Shown here one piece after another: positions 19,143 through 27,834 of a stretch of DNA of 47,238 bases (positions within the stretch are counted from its first letter, which is position 1; each line of letters starts with the position of its first letter). The stretch is taken from contig JBNJGT010000003.1 of NCBI GenBank assembly GCA_051819765.1, forward strand, positions 1-47,238, given 5' to 3'. The DNA comes from Nanobdellota archaeon. GTDB lineage: Archaea > Nanobdellota > Nanobdellia > Woesearchaeales > JACJVW01. Below the pieces are notes generated by a model. The model did no database searches and was not told where the DNA came from. It saw only the letters and a list, made by a program, of their open reading frames with translations. The position numbers were made by a program, and so were the translations under genes.

Positions 19143-20468
19143 ATGCGCAAAAGCTTCGAAGAGATAATCACCCAATTTGAATTTGAAGAACTTTTGCTCC
19201 AGGCGTATACCAAATATGTCGACAGGAGTCAAACCCAGGGGTTTGAAAATACATTCCTTCTTGACAGCCTGATCCATCTTCAGGCGATCTCTGCCAAACC
19301 CCCCTATCCCAATCCACGCGAGATCCACCCCAATCACACACAGACCCATGATTACTGCACAGACGAAGTCGTGAATGGTTTGATGCGGGCCAGACTTGAT
19401 GCCAACCCACAAAAACCCCTTGTGGACCATGCTCTGGATATGCTTCGGGATACCCCTTCTGGAAAGTCACGCACAAAGCGTCCTCCTGAAACCTCATTTG
19501 AACAGATTGAGAACAATGACAAGCAAAAGAGAACTACTGCATTCATGGAAACGATAACAAGATACGAACAGGAAAGACCGGGTAATCTGATACAGGAACT
19601 GTACGAAAAGCAAGCCTACCTTGAAGCACTAGAACGCACACTTGAAACCAATGAGACCCACCTACTTGAGGATATCCTTACAAAGCTGGAGTCCCAACCC
19701 TCAAAGACACTGGATACACTACCTCCAAAAGCAAAGGAGCTCATGGCACATCGTTTCTATGAGAAGGGCAGTTACCAGTCTGCAGCTGAGCTCCTATCAA
19801 ATCTTGCACCCTCCCCCCAGCTTGTCGATTGCCACTATCAACTCGGAGACTATGCAAAAGCAATCCGATCCTTTGAACAACTGGAAAGCACTGATACCCT
19901 CAGCCTGGAAGCGGGCGCCTGCTCATACCTCGCTGACGGACATCTTGAGCAGGGCGCACGACTCCTGGAAGTGCTGGCACTCAAACGACAAAGTCCAGAG
20001 ATACACAGCCTGTTGGCTGACACATATCTGAAACTATCAGAATACCAGCAGGCACTCCACCACATCAACCAATGTGATGGCTCTCCCGAAAACCGCATGC
20101 TGCAGGCAAAGGTGCATCTCTATCAAAACCCGGCCGATAGCCACCTCATAGACGAAACGATCCAAACCCTCCCTGAGGAAATGAAACACTCATTCCTTAT
20201 GGAATGTGCAGAACTCTACCCAGCAAAAGAAGCAGTCCCTCTTCTTGAACAAGCAATTGAGATGCATCCGCAAAGGGACTGCTACCTGAAGCTTGCAGGC
20301 GCATATGAGCGCCTCCTCGACTTTCGGTCCGCATTCAATGCCTATGAACAGGCGCTAACCCTTGAGTCTGACAGACAGACCCTTCAGGATCAGATCAGGG
20401 TAGCCCGCCGCATCGGCGAATGGACAAAAGTCAAACGCAACAACGACATGATCCAGTATGAGTATTGA
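19143..20468 (+). CDS. Tetratricopeptide-repeat protein
   Basis: CHYQLGDYAKAIRSFEQ, LLADTYLKLSEYQQALHH, YLKLAGAYERLLDFRSAFNAYEQAL. Confidence 0.8.
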   Translation: MRKSFEEIITQFEFEELLLQAYTKYVDRSQTQGFENTFLLDSLIHLQAISAKPPYPNPREIHPNHTQTHDYCTDEVVNGLMRARLDANPQKPLVDHALDMLRDTPSGKSRTKRPPETSFEQIENNDKQKRTTAFMETITRYEQERPGNLIQELYEKQAYLEALERTLETNETHLLEDILTKLESQPSKTLDTLPPKAKELMAHRFYEKGSYQSAAELLSNLAPSPQLVDCHYQLGDYAKAIRSFEQLESTDTLSLEAGACSYLADGHLEQGARLLEVLALKRQSPEIHSLLADTYLKLSEYQQALHHINQCDGSPENRMLQAKVHLYQNPADSHLIDETIQTLPEEMKHSFLMECAELYPAKEAVPLLEQAIEMHPQRDCYLKLAGAYERLLDFRSAFNAYEQALTLESDRQTLQDQIRVARRIGEWTKVKRNNDMIQYEY

Positions 20469-20921
20469 CTCCGCAGTCTGGAAAAAAGCTGACAACAGAC
20501 ACAGCCTTCGAAGGTTCCCCGTATCCAAAATCCTAAAAGCCAATGCAAACTCATCCATGACCGTCTCTGAAATACGAAGCCCAAAAGAACCTCGCATGAA
20601 AAGGGGAGACAATACCCTAACGAGAACTGCAGCAACTGATACACATTTCCACAACCAATGCATGAGACAATAAGACTCATCATAATTTATTCAAACTATG
20701 GAACAAAGCCTGCGAAGAAACGCCAACCACAAGTATTCAGAAAAACTTCGAGGATATAGCTCCTCAGAAAGAGACCCATATAAGACAATCTACCTCAGAT
20801 GCGACATGCGATTCCCTGACAGATTCTCCAACCATAAGCAATGGGATTTCAATTCGACATTTACTAATAAGACCCACATATTCCAGAAATCTTTTTATAC
20901 GATTGACACAACATGAGTCCA

Positions 20922-21485
20922 ATGGACCTACCTGACAGGATCATAGTCAAACAAAAAGTCGAGGCATTTGAGGTGTTCACCGACTTTGAGACCACAAACC
21001 GTTATCAGATCGTTGACATGAACAACAATGAACTTTTCTATGCATTTGAGGAAGGCAACTTCTTTGCACGCAATATACTGGGAACCCGCAGACCACTTAC
21101 ACTCAAAGTCATTGACCCCCGAAAACAACAGGTTCTCTCAATCACAAGGGATTGGTTCCTCTTTAGGGCAGGTTACCGGGTCACAGGAGAGGCTGACGGC
21201 GCAATTGTCCAGAAACGCTGGATCTTAGGCGCTTCATTTGAGATTCTCAATAAAACCCCAATACTGAAATGTGTAAGCAGATTCCCCCACCTCTGGACAT
21301 TCAAGATCCTGGACCACGGCCAGGAGGTAGGCCGTATAACAAAGCGCTGGAGCGGCGCAAAGGAATTCTTCACAGACGCAGACAATTTCCTCGTCGACTT
21401 TGGTACGGTAAAGAAAGAATACCGCCCCATGGTGCTTGCAACCGCACTTGCGATCGACACCCGTGTCTTTGAAGGCAGGAAATAA
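20922..21485 (+). CDS. Phospholipid scramblase / LURP-one-related protein
   Basis: FTDFETTNRYQI, RRPLTL, VGRITKRWSGAKEFFTDADNFLVDF; ATG 20922 fits TATA spacing better than 20913. Confidence 0.85.
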   Translation: MDLPDRIIVKQKVEAFEVFTDFETTNRYQIVDMNNNELFYAFEEGNFFARNILGTRRPLTLKVIDPRKQQVLSITRDWFLFRAGYRVTGEADGAIVQKRWILGASFEILNKTPILKCVSRFPHLWTFKILDHGQEVGRITKRWSGAKEFFTDADNFLVDFGTVKKEYRPMVLATALAIDTRVFEGRK

Positions 21486-21581
21486 TCCCCACCAATTCTT
21501 CAGTTTACATGAGATGAGAACTCTCTGGATGAAAGACCGATCGTGATCGCCAGAGATTTTCCAGAAATAATAGAAAGCGTA

Positions 21582-21603
21582 ATTCTCGAGAATTCTCGAG
21601 AAT
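21582..21603. repeat. Perfect 22-bp palindrome built from a tandem 10-mer
   Basis: attctcgagaattctcgagaat equals its own reverse complement; abuts the stop of the convergent minus-strand gene. Confidence 0.85.
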
Positions 21604-22067
21604 CAGCGGTTTCCGTAGTAGAAATATTTTTCAAGGTCCACGTTGGTAGGATTGAAATCTCCCTGCCGTGGATGGGATTCAGCCTTTTGAGGAGCCGCAG
21701 GTTGGGGACCAGCCGGTGCCGGATGGGCGGCCTGAGCAGGCTTGCTCATGTCCTTAAGGGCCTTGAGCTCCTCCCAGATCTTTCTCATCTCCGTCGCGAT
21801 GGCCTGGTTATTCTGCTTGAGAGTATTTGTGAACTTGCGTTCAAGCAAATCCACAGATTGGCTGACATGCTCAGAGTTAGACTGCGGGACACTCTGAGCC
21901 TGGACATGTGAACACGGAGCTTTAGCTTCCTGTTGTCGCTCTTCAGGCATGGCATTCTCATACATGCTTGATGCCTTATCAATTGCATCTTCAAATGATG
22001 TTACCATACCGGACTTTGTAAGTTCCTTTATCATAAAGTTCATCTTCTTTGTCTGCTCCACGTCCAT
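21603..22067 (-). CDS. Hypothetical protein co-transcribed with ftsZ (coiled coil plus aromatic C-terminal peptide)
   Basis: 10-nt gap after ftsZ with AGGTGG SD; helical middle, Pro/Ala linker, ends HPRQGDFNPTNVDLEKYFYYGNR. Confidence 0.8.
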   Translation of the reverse strand: MDVEQTKKMNFMIKELTKSGMVTSFEDAIDKASSMYENAMPEERQQEAKAPCSHVQAQSVPQSNSEHVSQSVDLLERKFTNTLKQNNQAIATEMRKIWEELKALKDMSKPAQAAHPAPAGPQPAAPQKAESHPRQGDFNPTNVDLEKYFYYGNR

Positions 22068-22077
22068 TTATTTCCAC

Positions 22078-23139
22078 CTAAATAAAGTTTATATCAAGCT
22101 CTCTGCTAAGACCCTTTGTCTTCTTTGCCATCTCCTTTTCAGTCTCCTTGCCCATGATCCATGGCGAATTCACACCAGTCATGATAGTCATAACACAGAT
22201 CTTACCAGTCATGTCGCTTGACACCCGCGCACCCCAGATGACGTTTGCATCCTCTTCAAGATAGCTGGTCACCTCGTCACCAATCCGTTCAACCTCTTCC
22301 AGCGTCATATCGTCTCCGCCTTCGATATGGATCAATGCGCCATCAGCACCCTTGTAGTCGATGTCAAGGAGAGGGTTGCTAAGCGCGCCGGAAACAGCCT
22401 CTTCAGCGCGCTTAGTGGTATCTGAGTAGCCTACTCCGATAGCCGCAACACCGCCCTCCTTCATGATCGCTTTAACGTCGGCAAAATCCAGATTGACAAG
22501 AGAAGGCACTGAAATCGTCTCAACAATGCCTCTGATCATTGTAGCAATCAGTTCATTTGCGACAGCAAAAGCCTGCTGTACTGGGAGATTCCCCGCCATC
22601 TTGACGAGCCGGTTATTATCCAGAACAATAACCGTATCACACACTGAACGTATCTTATGCAGCCCTTCCTCAGCCTTATCAAGCCGGGCACGCTCAATAC
22701 TAAAAGGCATGGTCACCGTACCGATAACGATACTTCCAAGCTCAGCAGCGGCCCTGGCAATAAGAGGAGCGGCACCAGTCCCGGTACCTCCTCCCATTCC
22801 AGCACAGACAAATGTCATGTCCGTGTTCTGCAACACCTCTTTTATCTGCGGCAGATTTTCTTTGGCTGCCGAAGCACCCTTCTCAGGGAAACCTCCGCAA
22901 CCAAGCCCTTTCGTGATTGACTCACCGATCAGGAATTTCTTATCAGATTCAGTTATATTGATGTGCTGCTGGTCTGTATTTAACGCAATGATCTCGGCTC
23001 CCTTGATTCCCTTCCGGTAAAGCCAACTGACCATATTATTACCGGCACCACCACATCCAATAATCTTGATGCTTGCCTGCCCGACATTATCAACGTGAGG
23101 AACGCTACTTTTTACATTATCCAAATTGAACAGTTCCAT
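22078..23139 (-). CDS. ftsZ: Cell division protein FtsZ (archaeal type)
   Basis: GCGGAGNN, GMGGGTGTGAAP tubulin signature, PSLVNLDFADV T7 loop; GAGGTG SD places the start at ATG 23139. Confidence 0.97.
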   Translation of the reverse strand: MELFNLDNVKSSVPHVDNVGQASIKIIGCGGAGNNMVSWLYRKGIKGAEIIALNTDQQHINITESDKKFLIGESITKGLGCGGFPEKGASAAKENLPQIKEVLQNTDMTFVCAGMGGGTGTGAAPLIARAAAELGSIVIGTVTMPFSIERARLDKAEEGLHKIRSVCDTVIVLDNNRLVKMAGNLPVQQAFAVANELIATMIRGIVETISVPSLVNLDFADVKAIMKEGGVAAIGVGYSDTTKRAEEAVSGALSNPLLDIDYKGADGALIHIEGGDDMTLEEVERIGDEVTSYLEEDANVIWGARVSSDMTGKICVMTIMTGVNSPWIMGKETEKEMAKKTKGLSRELDINFI

Positions 23140-23335
23140 TGAAGACACCTCTTCTATACCTATATTACCAACATGTCTTCTAGTATATAAATATTACTAT
23201 TTTGTATACTAATGTATTAATTACATATTCTTTTTCGCAATTACAGAAAAGTGACGACCACAGGCTCCCACAGTTACAACTTCAAGGTACTCCCTAAAAA
23301 TTTAAATAGCCCACCCCTCTCAATTCTTATAAACT

Positions 23336-23932
23336 ATGTCTGGCGAGCAAACACAGGAACAACAAGCTCCAGAAGAGCAACACACTGAATCAGCGGATCA
23401 TCAAACAGAGCCTAACTCCGAAAGCCAAGTCACGCCTCCCAAAAAGGAAGCGACAAAGATCAGGGCTGAGGACAGTTCCCGTCAGGAAGAACAGACCCAA
23501 TCCAAAGAAAGCATGCAGGTAGTAATCCTCACCCTGATCGGAGAATACTTCGGTCTTTCTATCGAGTACATAACCGAGATCATCAAGGCAACAGAGATAA
23601 CAGCCATCCCCAATGCCCCAGACTACATAGAAGGCGCGATCAATCTGCGGGGAAAGATAATCATCATTGTTGACCTGGCCAAAAAACTAAGCGTGAGCAA
23701 GAAGAGCGATAGCAAGGATACCCGCATCATCGTAGTGGAGATAGACGACGAATGGATAGGGCTTCGGGTTGACAGTGTCACTGAGACAATCATAATCGAT
23801 AAAGCCAAGGTACATGACCCTCCCTCATTGATAAAGGAAAAGATAGGTGACGAGCACATAGTAGGAGTCACCCGGTTCAACAATGAGACACTCCTGACAA
23901 TAATAGACCCATATAAGATACTGGAAAAATGA
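23336..23932 (+). CDS. cheW: CheW-domain protein with an acidic, disordered N-terminal extension
   Basis: YFGLSIEYITEII..IPNAPDYIEGAINLRGKII..IGLRVDSV. Confidence 0.92.
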   Translation: MSGEQTQEQQAPEEQHTESADHQTEPNSESQVTPPKKEATKIRAEDSSRQEEQTQSKESMQVVILTLIGEYFGLSIEYITEIIKATEITAIPNAPDYIEGAINLRGKIIIIVDLAKKLSVSKKSDSKDTRIIVVEIDDEWIGLRVDSVTETIIIDKAKVHDPPSLIKEKIGDEHIVGVTRFNNETLLTIIDPYKILEK

Positions 23933-24372
23933 GCAAGAAAATCGTTGAGTTCAACCTGAACAATGAACGCTTTGGCCTGGATATCAATATCATTAAGGAA
24001 ATCATCAAAGTACCCCAATACACATCCCTTCCAAAAGCAGATCCAAGCGTTGAAGGGGTCATAAACCTGCGAGGAAAAGTGATTGCAGTGGTGGACCTCG
24101 CAAAAAAGCTAGGCTTTCCCTACAAGGAGACCGACCATAACACAAGAATCATAGTTATCGAACGAGGTAGCGAATATGTGGGCCTCCGTGTTGAAGGAGT
24201 CGATGAAGTCCTCACCGTCAACGAAGAAGACATGCAAAAGACACCGGGCATGAGCGCATCCCTTGACGCAGAAATGCTCGAAGGAATAATCGTAGAGGAA
24301 GAAGGCATGCTTATCATTATGGACATCGACAAGATCATTTCTGTTGAAGAAGCAAGCAAACTGAAAGGCTGA
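23929..24372 (+). CDS. cheW: CheW-domain protein
   Basis: RFGLDINIIKEII..VEGVINLRGKVIAVVDL..VGLRVEGV; ATGA overlap with the first cheW. Confidence 0.94.
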   Translation: MSKKIVEFNLNNERFGLDINIIKEIIKVPQYTSLPKADPSVEGVINLRGKVIAVVDLAKKLGFPYKETDHNTRIIVIERGSEYVGLRVEGVDEVLTVNEEDMQKTPGMSASLDAEMLEGIIVEEEGMLIIMDIDKIISVEEASKLKG

Positions 24373-24529
24373 TTTTATCGTAAAACAAATTTAACCTCTC
24401 CAGGGTTATTGCTAAACTATAGGAACACATAGACACGATAGACTCAGACCCAGTAGGGTACTCAAGTCGACCAAAAACTCCCATACACAACCTGCACAGA
24501 ACCCATGAAACAGCTGGATGGTTGAATCC

Positions 24530-25162
24530 TCAGAATTCCAGGAAACCCAATGCTTTATTTACATGACTCTTCCGTATGACAAATATGGTATCTCTCCAAC
24601 ATGAAAGGAATTCTATTATGTTAACGCCATTCTCAGCAAAAAGAGAGGTCAGATAGGAGACAACACCTGGAACTTTCTCAATCTCTTCAGGACTGACAAA
24701 GTCGATCATAGCAAGATCACTTTGATGCATTACCACGTCCTGGAAGGTTCCAGTAATCATATGTGCATATCTATCCTGTGTTATTATAGTATAATTATTG
24801 CTCCCCTCCAGAAGATAAAGGATCCCGTTCTGAGCCTTGCTGTCTTTTTGAATGCCTATAAGGGCATCCAAGTCTATGTTCCGGCTCAGGATTATCACAG
24901 ATATCCGATTTTTTATCCCGATCTCAGACTTTGAAAGCAGGCCACGTATCTTCTTTTCATTGACTGCCTCCGTTTTCAACCGCTCACTATATCTTCTCGC
25001 TGCAATCAATATGGCCTCATGACTGCTCTTTTTTTCAATCTTCAATTCCGTGGCTATCATCCTTGACAAGGCTGAATAATTAATGAGTCCCTTTTTCAGG
25101 CAGTGCTTGATATGAGGATGCTCCTTGATATATCGCACCGTCAGTTCAGTAGTTGAGGTCAT
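24530..25162 (-). CDS. ACT-domain protein with a putative N-terminal DNA-binding helix region
   Basis: GLINYSALSRMIA N-domain; C-terminal ACT PGVVSYLTSLFAENGVNIIEFLSCWRDTIFVI; TATAAATA 30 nt upstream of ATG 25162. Confidence 0.85.
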   Translation of the reverse strand: MTSTTELTVRYIKEHPHIKHCLKKGLINYSALSRMIATELKIEKKSSHEAILIAARRYSERLKTEAVNEKKIRGLLSKSEIGIKNRISVIILSRNIDLDALIGIQKDSKAQNGILYLLEGSNNYTIITQDRYAHMITGTFQDVVMHQSDLAMIDFVSPEEIEKVPGVVSYLTSLFAENGVNIIEFLSCWRDTIFVIRKSHVNKALGFLEF

Positions 25163-25208
25163 AACCAATTCCTCGCATGTAAGGTATTTATATTTTTCTA
25201 TGATTATC

Positions 25209-25237
25209 TACATTGTTCTGAATAGAACATAAATGTA
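25209..25237. promoter_or_regulatory. Inverted-repeat operator candidate between divergent promoters
   Basis: TGTTCT-gaat-AGAACA (25214-25229) flanked by TACAT/ATGTA. Confidence 0.45.
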
Positions 25238-25448
25238 TAAGCTTGTCCGAGAAAGGTCATAATACATAAAGCCCTCCTCCTACACTATAGAGTAAGACCA
25301 AACATCACGACAAACCCAGACACATAAACACAACATAAAGCAAGTCTGGTATAATCATCCAGTAAAATCACCGGGAAAGGCAGACCTCATGAACACCTAG
25401 CAAAAATCACCCAAAAAAGTACATGGTCAAAAAATGGACAACTGAGAG

Positions 25449-26063
25449 ATGATACAGATGTATTATAGCCCGCATATGAAAATGGAAAATATCATCCCTG
25501 ATGATATGTTGGAATCAGACATACATGATAATGGAGAGTCATTCACCCAACTCTACCCGAATCATCGTATTATCACCCACCCATGCTATATACGCAGCAG
25601 TGTGAGATCAAAACTTGATAAAGCTATATCAGCTCTTCCGGAAGCCTACAGCCTCGTAATCCTTGATGCCTATCGCCCACTGGCAATACAGAAAAAGATG
25701 TTCACAGAGTGCATGATTGAGATGCAAAGGATACACCCTCCAAAACTTGCCTATCAGAAAGCATCACTGTTTGTGGCTCCACCAAACATCGCGCCCCATT
25801 GCACAGGTGGTGCGGTTGACGTGACCCTTGCCTATAATGGAAAACCCCTTGATATGGGAAGCGACTACAGGACAAACACTCCGGCATCATACTCTGTGAG
25901 CCACCACATAAGCGTTCAAGCAGCAAACAATAGATCCATCCTATTCCAGACAATGCTTGAGGCAGGATTTGTCAACTATCCAAGCGAATGGTGGCATTGG
26001 TCATATGGAGACTCTTACTGGGCAGCTGTCAACAAGACAAAGACACTCTATGATCGAAAATGA
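25449..26063 (+). CDS. D-Ala-D-Ala dipeptidase (VanX/DdpX, peptidase M15)
   Basis: ILDAYRP..Q, PHCTGGAVDVTL, LDMGS, EWWHWSYGD zinc motifs; exact start uncertain. Confidence 0.92.
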   Translation: MIQMYYSPHMKMENIIPDDMLESDIHDNGESFTQLYPNHRIITHPCYIRSSVRSKLDKAISALPEAYSLVILDAYRPLAIQKKMFTECMIEMQRIHPPKLAYQKASLFVAPPNIAPHCTGGAVDVTLAYNGKPLDMGSDYRTNTPASYSVSHHISVQAANNRSILFQTMLEAGFVNYPSEWWHWSYGDSYWAAVNKTKTLYDRK

Positions 26064-26692
26064 AAACAATCGGAATACTTGGAGGGATGGGACCCAGTGC
26101 ATCTTGTGAGTTCTATTCCCGCATCATTCAGGACTGTCAAAAACGAGGTGCAGTCCAGGACACAGATTTTCCACCCATGATACTGTATTCCCTTCCTCTA
26201 CAGGGTTTTGATGAGACAGGCATTGTCGACAAAAAGATGGTCCTCAAACAGTTGATCCAAGGGATCCGCACCCTCGAATCAGCCGGCTGCGATTTCATAA
26301 CCATACCCTGCAACACTGTCCATGTATTCATGACAGAACTCCGGAAGAATAGCAGCATACCCATACTCAGCATCGTTGAAGAGACGAAGAAAAAGGTAAA
26401 GCATCCATCCATAGCAATAGGTTCAAAGACAACAATGGGATTGGACATATACCAGATGGAGACTGTCAACGATCAGGACAGCATAACGCAACTGATACTC
26501 GAGGTCATGAGCTCCCAGGTAAGATCAGAAACCAAGCAAAGGGTACTTACCCTAATCAGGGACACAGGCAAAGATGTGGTCCTGGCATGCACAGAATTAC
26601 CGCTCGCAATCACCCAGGCTGACCTGAATATCAAAGTCTACGACACACTGCAGATACTCGCGGAAGCAGCCGTGGATCACATGCAAAATTGA
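26060..26692 (+). CDS. Aspartate/glutamate racemase family amino-acid racemase
   Basis: MKTIGILGGMGP, catalytic PCNT and ACTELP; ATGA overlap with the dipeptidase gene. Confidence 0.93.
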   Translation: MKTIGILGGMGPSASCEFYSRIIQDCQKRGAVQDTDFPPMILYSLPLQGFDETGIVDKKMVLKQLIQGIRTLESAGCDFITIPCNTVHVFMTELRKNSSIPILSIVEETKKKVKHPSIAIGSKTTMGLDIYQMETVNDQDSITQLILEVMSSQVRSETKQRVLTLIRDTGKDVVLACTELPLAITQADLNIKVYDTLQILAEAAVDHMQN

Positions 26693-27366
26693 AAGGGTTA
26701 TGGGGCCTTCTATTAGATTAATATTTTCAAGAGACAGTAAATCCCTAGAATCACCTGTATATACGTGATATGCACATACCATCCAACTCCTCTCAACCAA
26801 TAAGGACGTGATATGCTTATGACTCGCCTGTCAATCAACAAACAATATCGACAATCCCCCTCCTGAGATGCCTCACATTGGTTTCCAGTCTTACTATCCA
26901 AAAAAAAACGTCCTCCAGATGTGGTTCTGCTCCAGGCAATCGATAGAAACCACCACCCCCCTATGGCTGATGAAGGGATATGCCAGTAAAAGTCACACAA
27001 CTGACATAATCCCAAGAAACCAGTATTCTCATCTGTGCCATCAGAGCTATGGACCTTTATTGTAACTCACTCTGAAGACGTATCCCAACACCGTTACTAT
27101 CCTCTCCATGGATGAATAAGGGATAAGATAACAGCAAAACAATCAACACCCTTACACCTAGTGAGGTAATCCTATCAATGGGCAAAACATAAGATACAAT
27201 ATCACTAGAGCCTAGAGAAATATACATTATTTATCATATATCAAAGATATCAACCTAGACCAGAAAGTAGGTGATATATTGAATCAAAAAGACCACCCGG
27301 ACATAGCAGAACAATTCCAAAAAGCAGACTTGGATTAGCAAGTTCAAGCAAGGAGAATCATGAGAA

Positions 27367-27834
27367 TCAGGATTGACTGCTTCGGACAATCTGAGCCTGG
27401 AATTCATGCAAGAACTCATCACTATCCATGCCCATGGAGAAGGTGAACCAATCCAGGTTCTTGTTCTTGATGAATTCGATGAATGCACCTTGGATCTTGG
27501 CATCCCACTCTTTGAATTGCTTCGCAGTGGCGCACAGGTACTTTACCTCACAATGCCCCACCCGCTTGTCACTGCCGTGGATTTCTGGATGCAACGGGCA
27601 CATCACCTGGGTCTCTGACTCATCAGTGAATATCACGTTCCGGCAGACCCCACAAGGACGAAGGCACTGCGCCCGATCCCGAAACTCCTCAAGATTCTTG
27701 TAATAGCGAAACTCCCGGGTGTTCTGCCTGATACCCTCGCAAACCTCTTCGAAGCTCCCGTAATCACGACCACAGCACCCCATGCAGATCAAGTCGCCAA
27801 TCACACAAACCTCTGATACAGTCCGTTCCATCAT
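27367..27834 (-). CDS. Cys-rich putative metal/Fe-S-binding protein, translationally coupled to uvrB
   Basis: 11 Cys including CMGCCG, CGVC, CPLHP, HC..YLC; ATGA overlap with the uvrB stop. Confidence 0.75.
   Translation of the reverse strand: MMERTVSEVCVIGDLICMGCCGRDYGSFEEVCEGIRQNTREFRYYKNLEEFRDRAQCLRPCGVCRNVIFTDESETQVMCPLHPEIHGSDKRVGHCEVKYLCATAKQFKEWDAKIQGAFIEFIKNKNLDWFTFSMGMDSDEFLHEFQAQIVRSSQS

Noticed and set aside
20469-20912. Short ORFs between the TPR and scramblase genes
   Set aside because: No motif, promoter or SD support; may be eroded sequence but cannot be identified
23212-23226. ATGTA-ttaat-TACAT dyad between ftsZ and cheW
   Set aside because: Short and in very AT-rich DNA; not distinguishable from chance
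25449-26063. Vancomycin resistance cluster
   Set aside because: No vanA/vanH/vanR/vanS; VanX-like dipeptidases commonly occur alone
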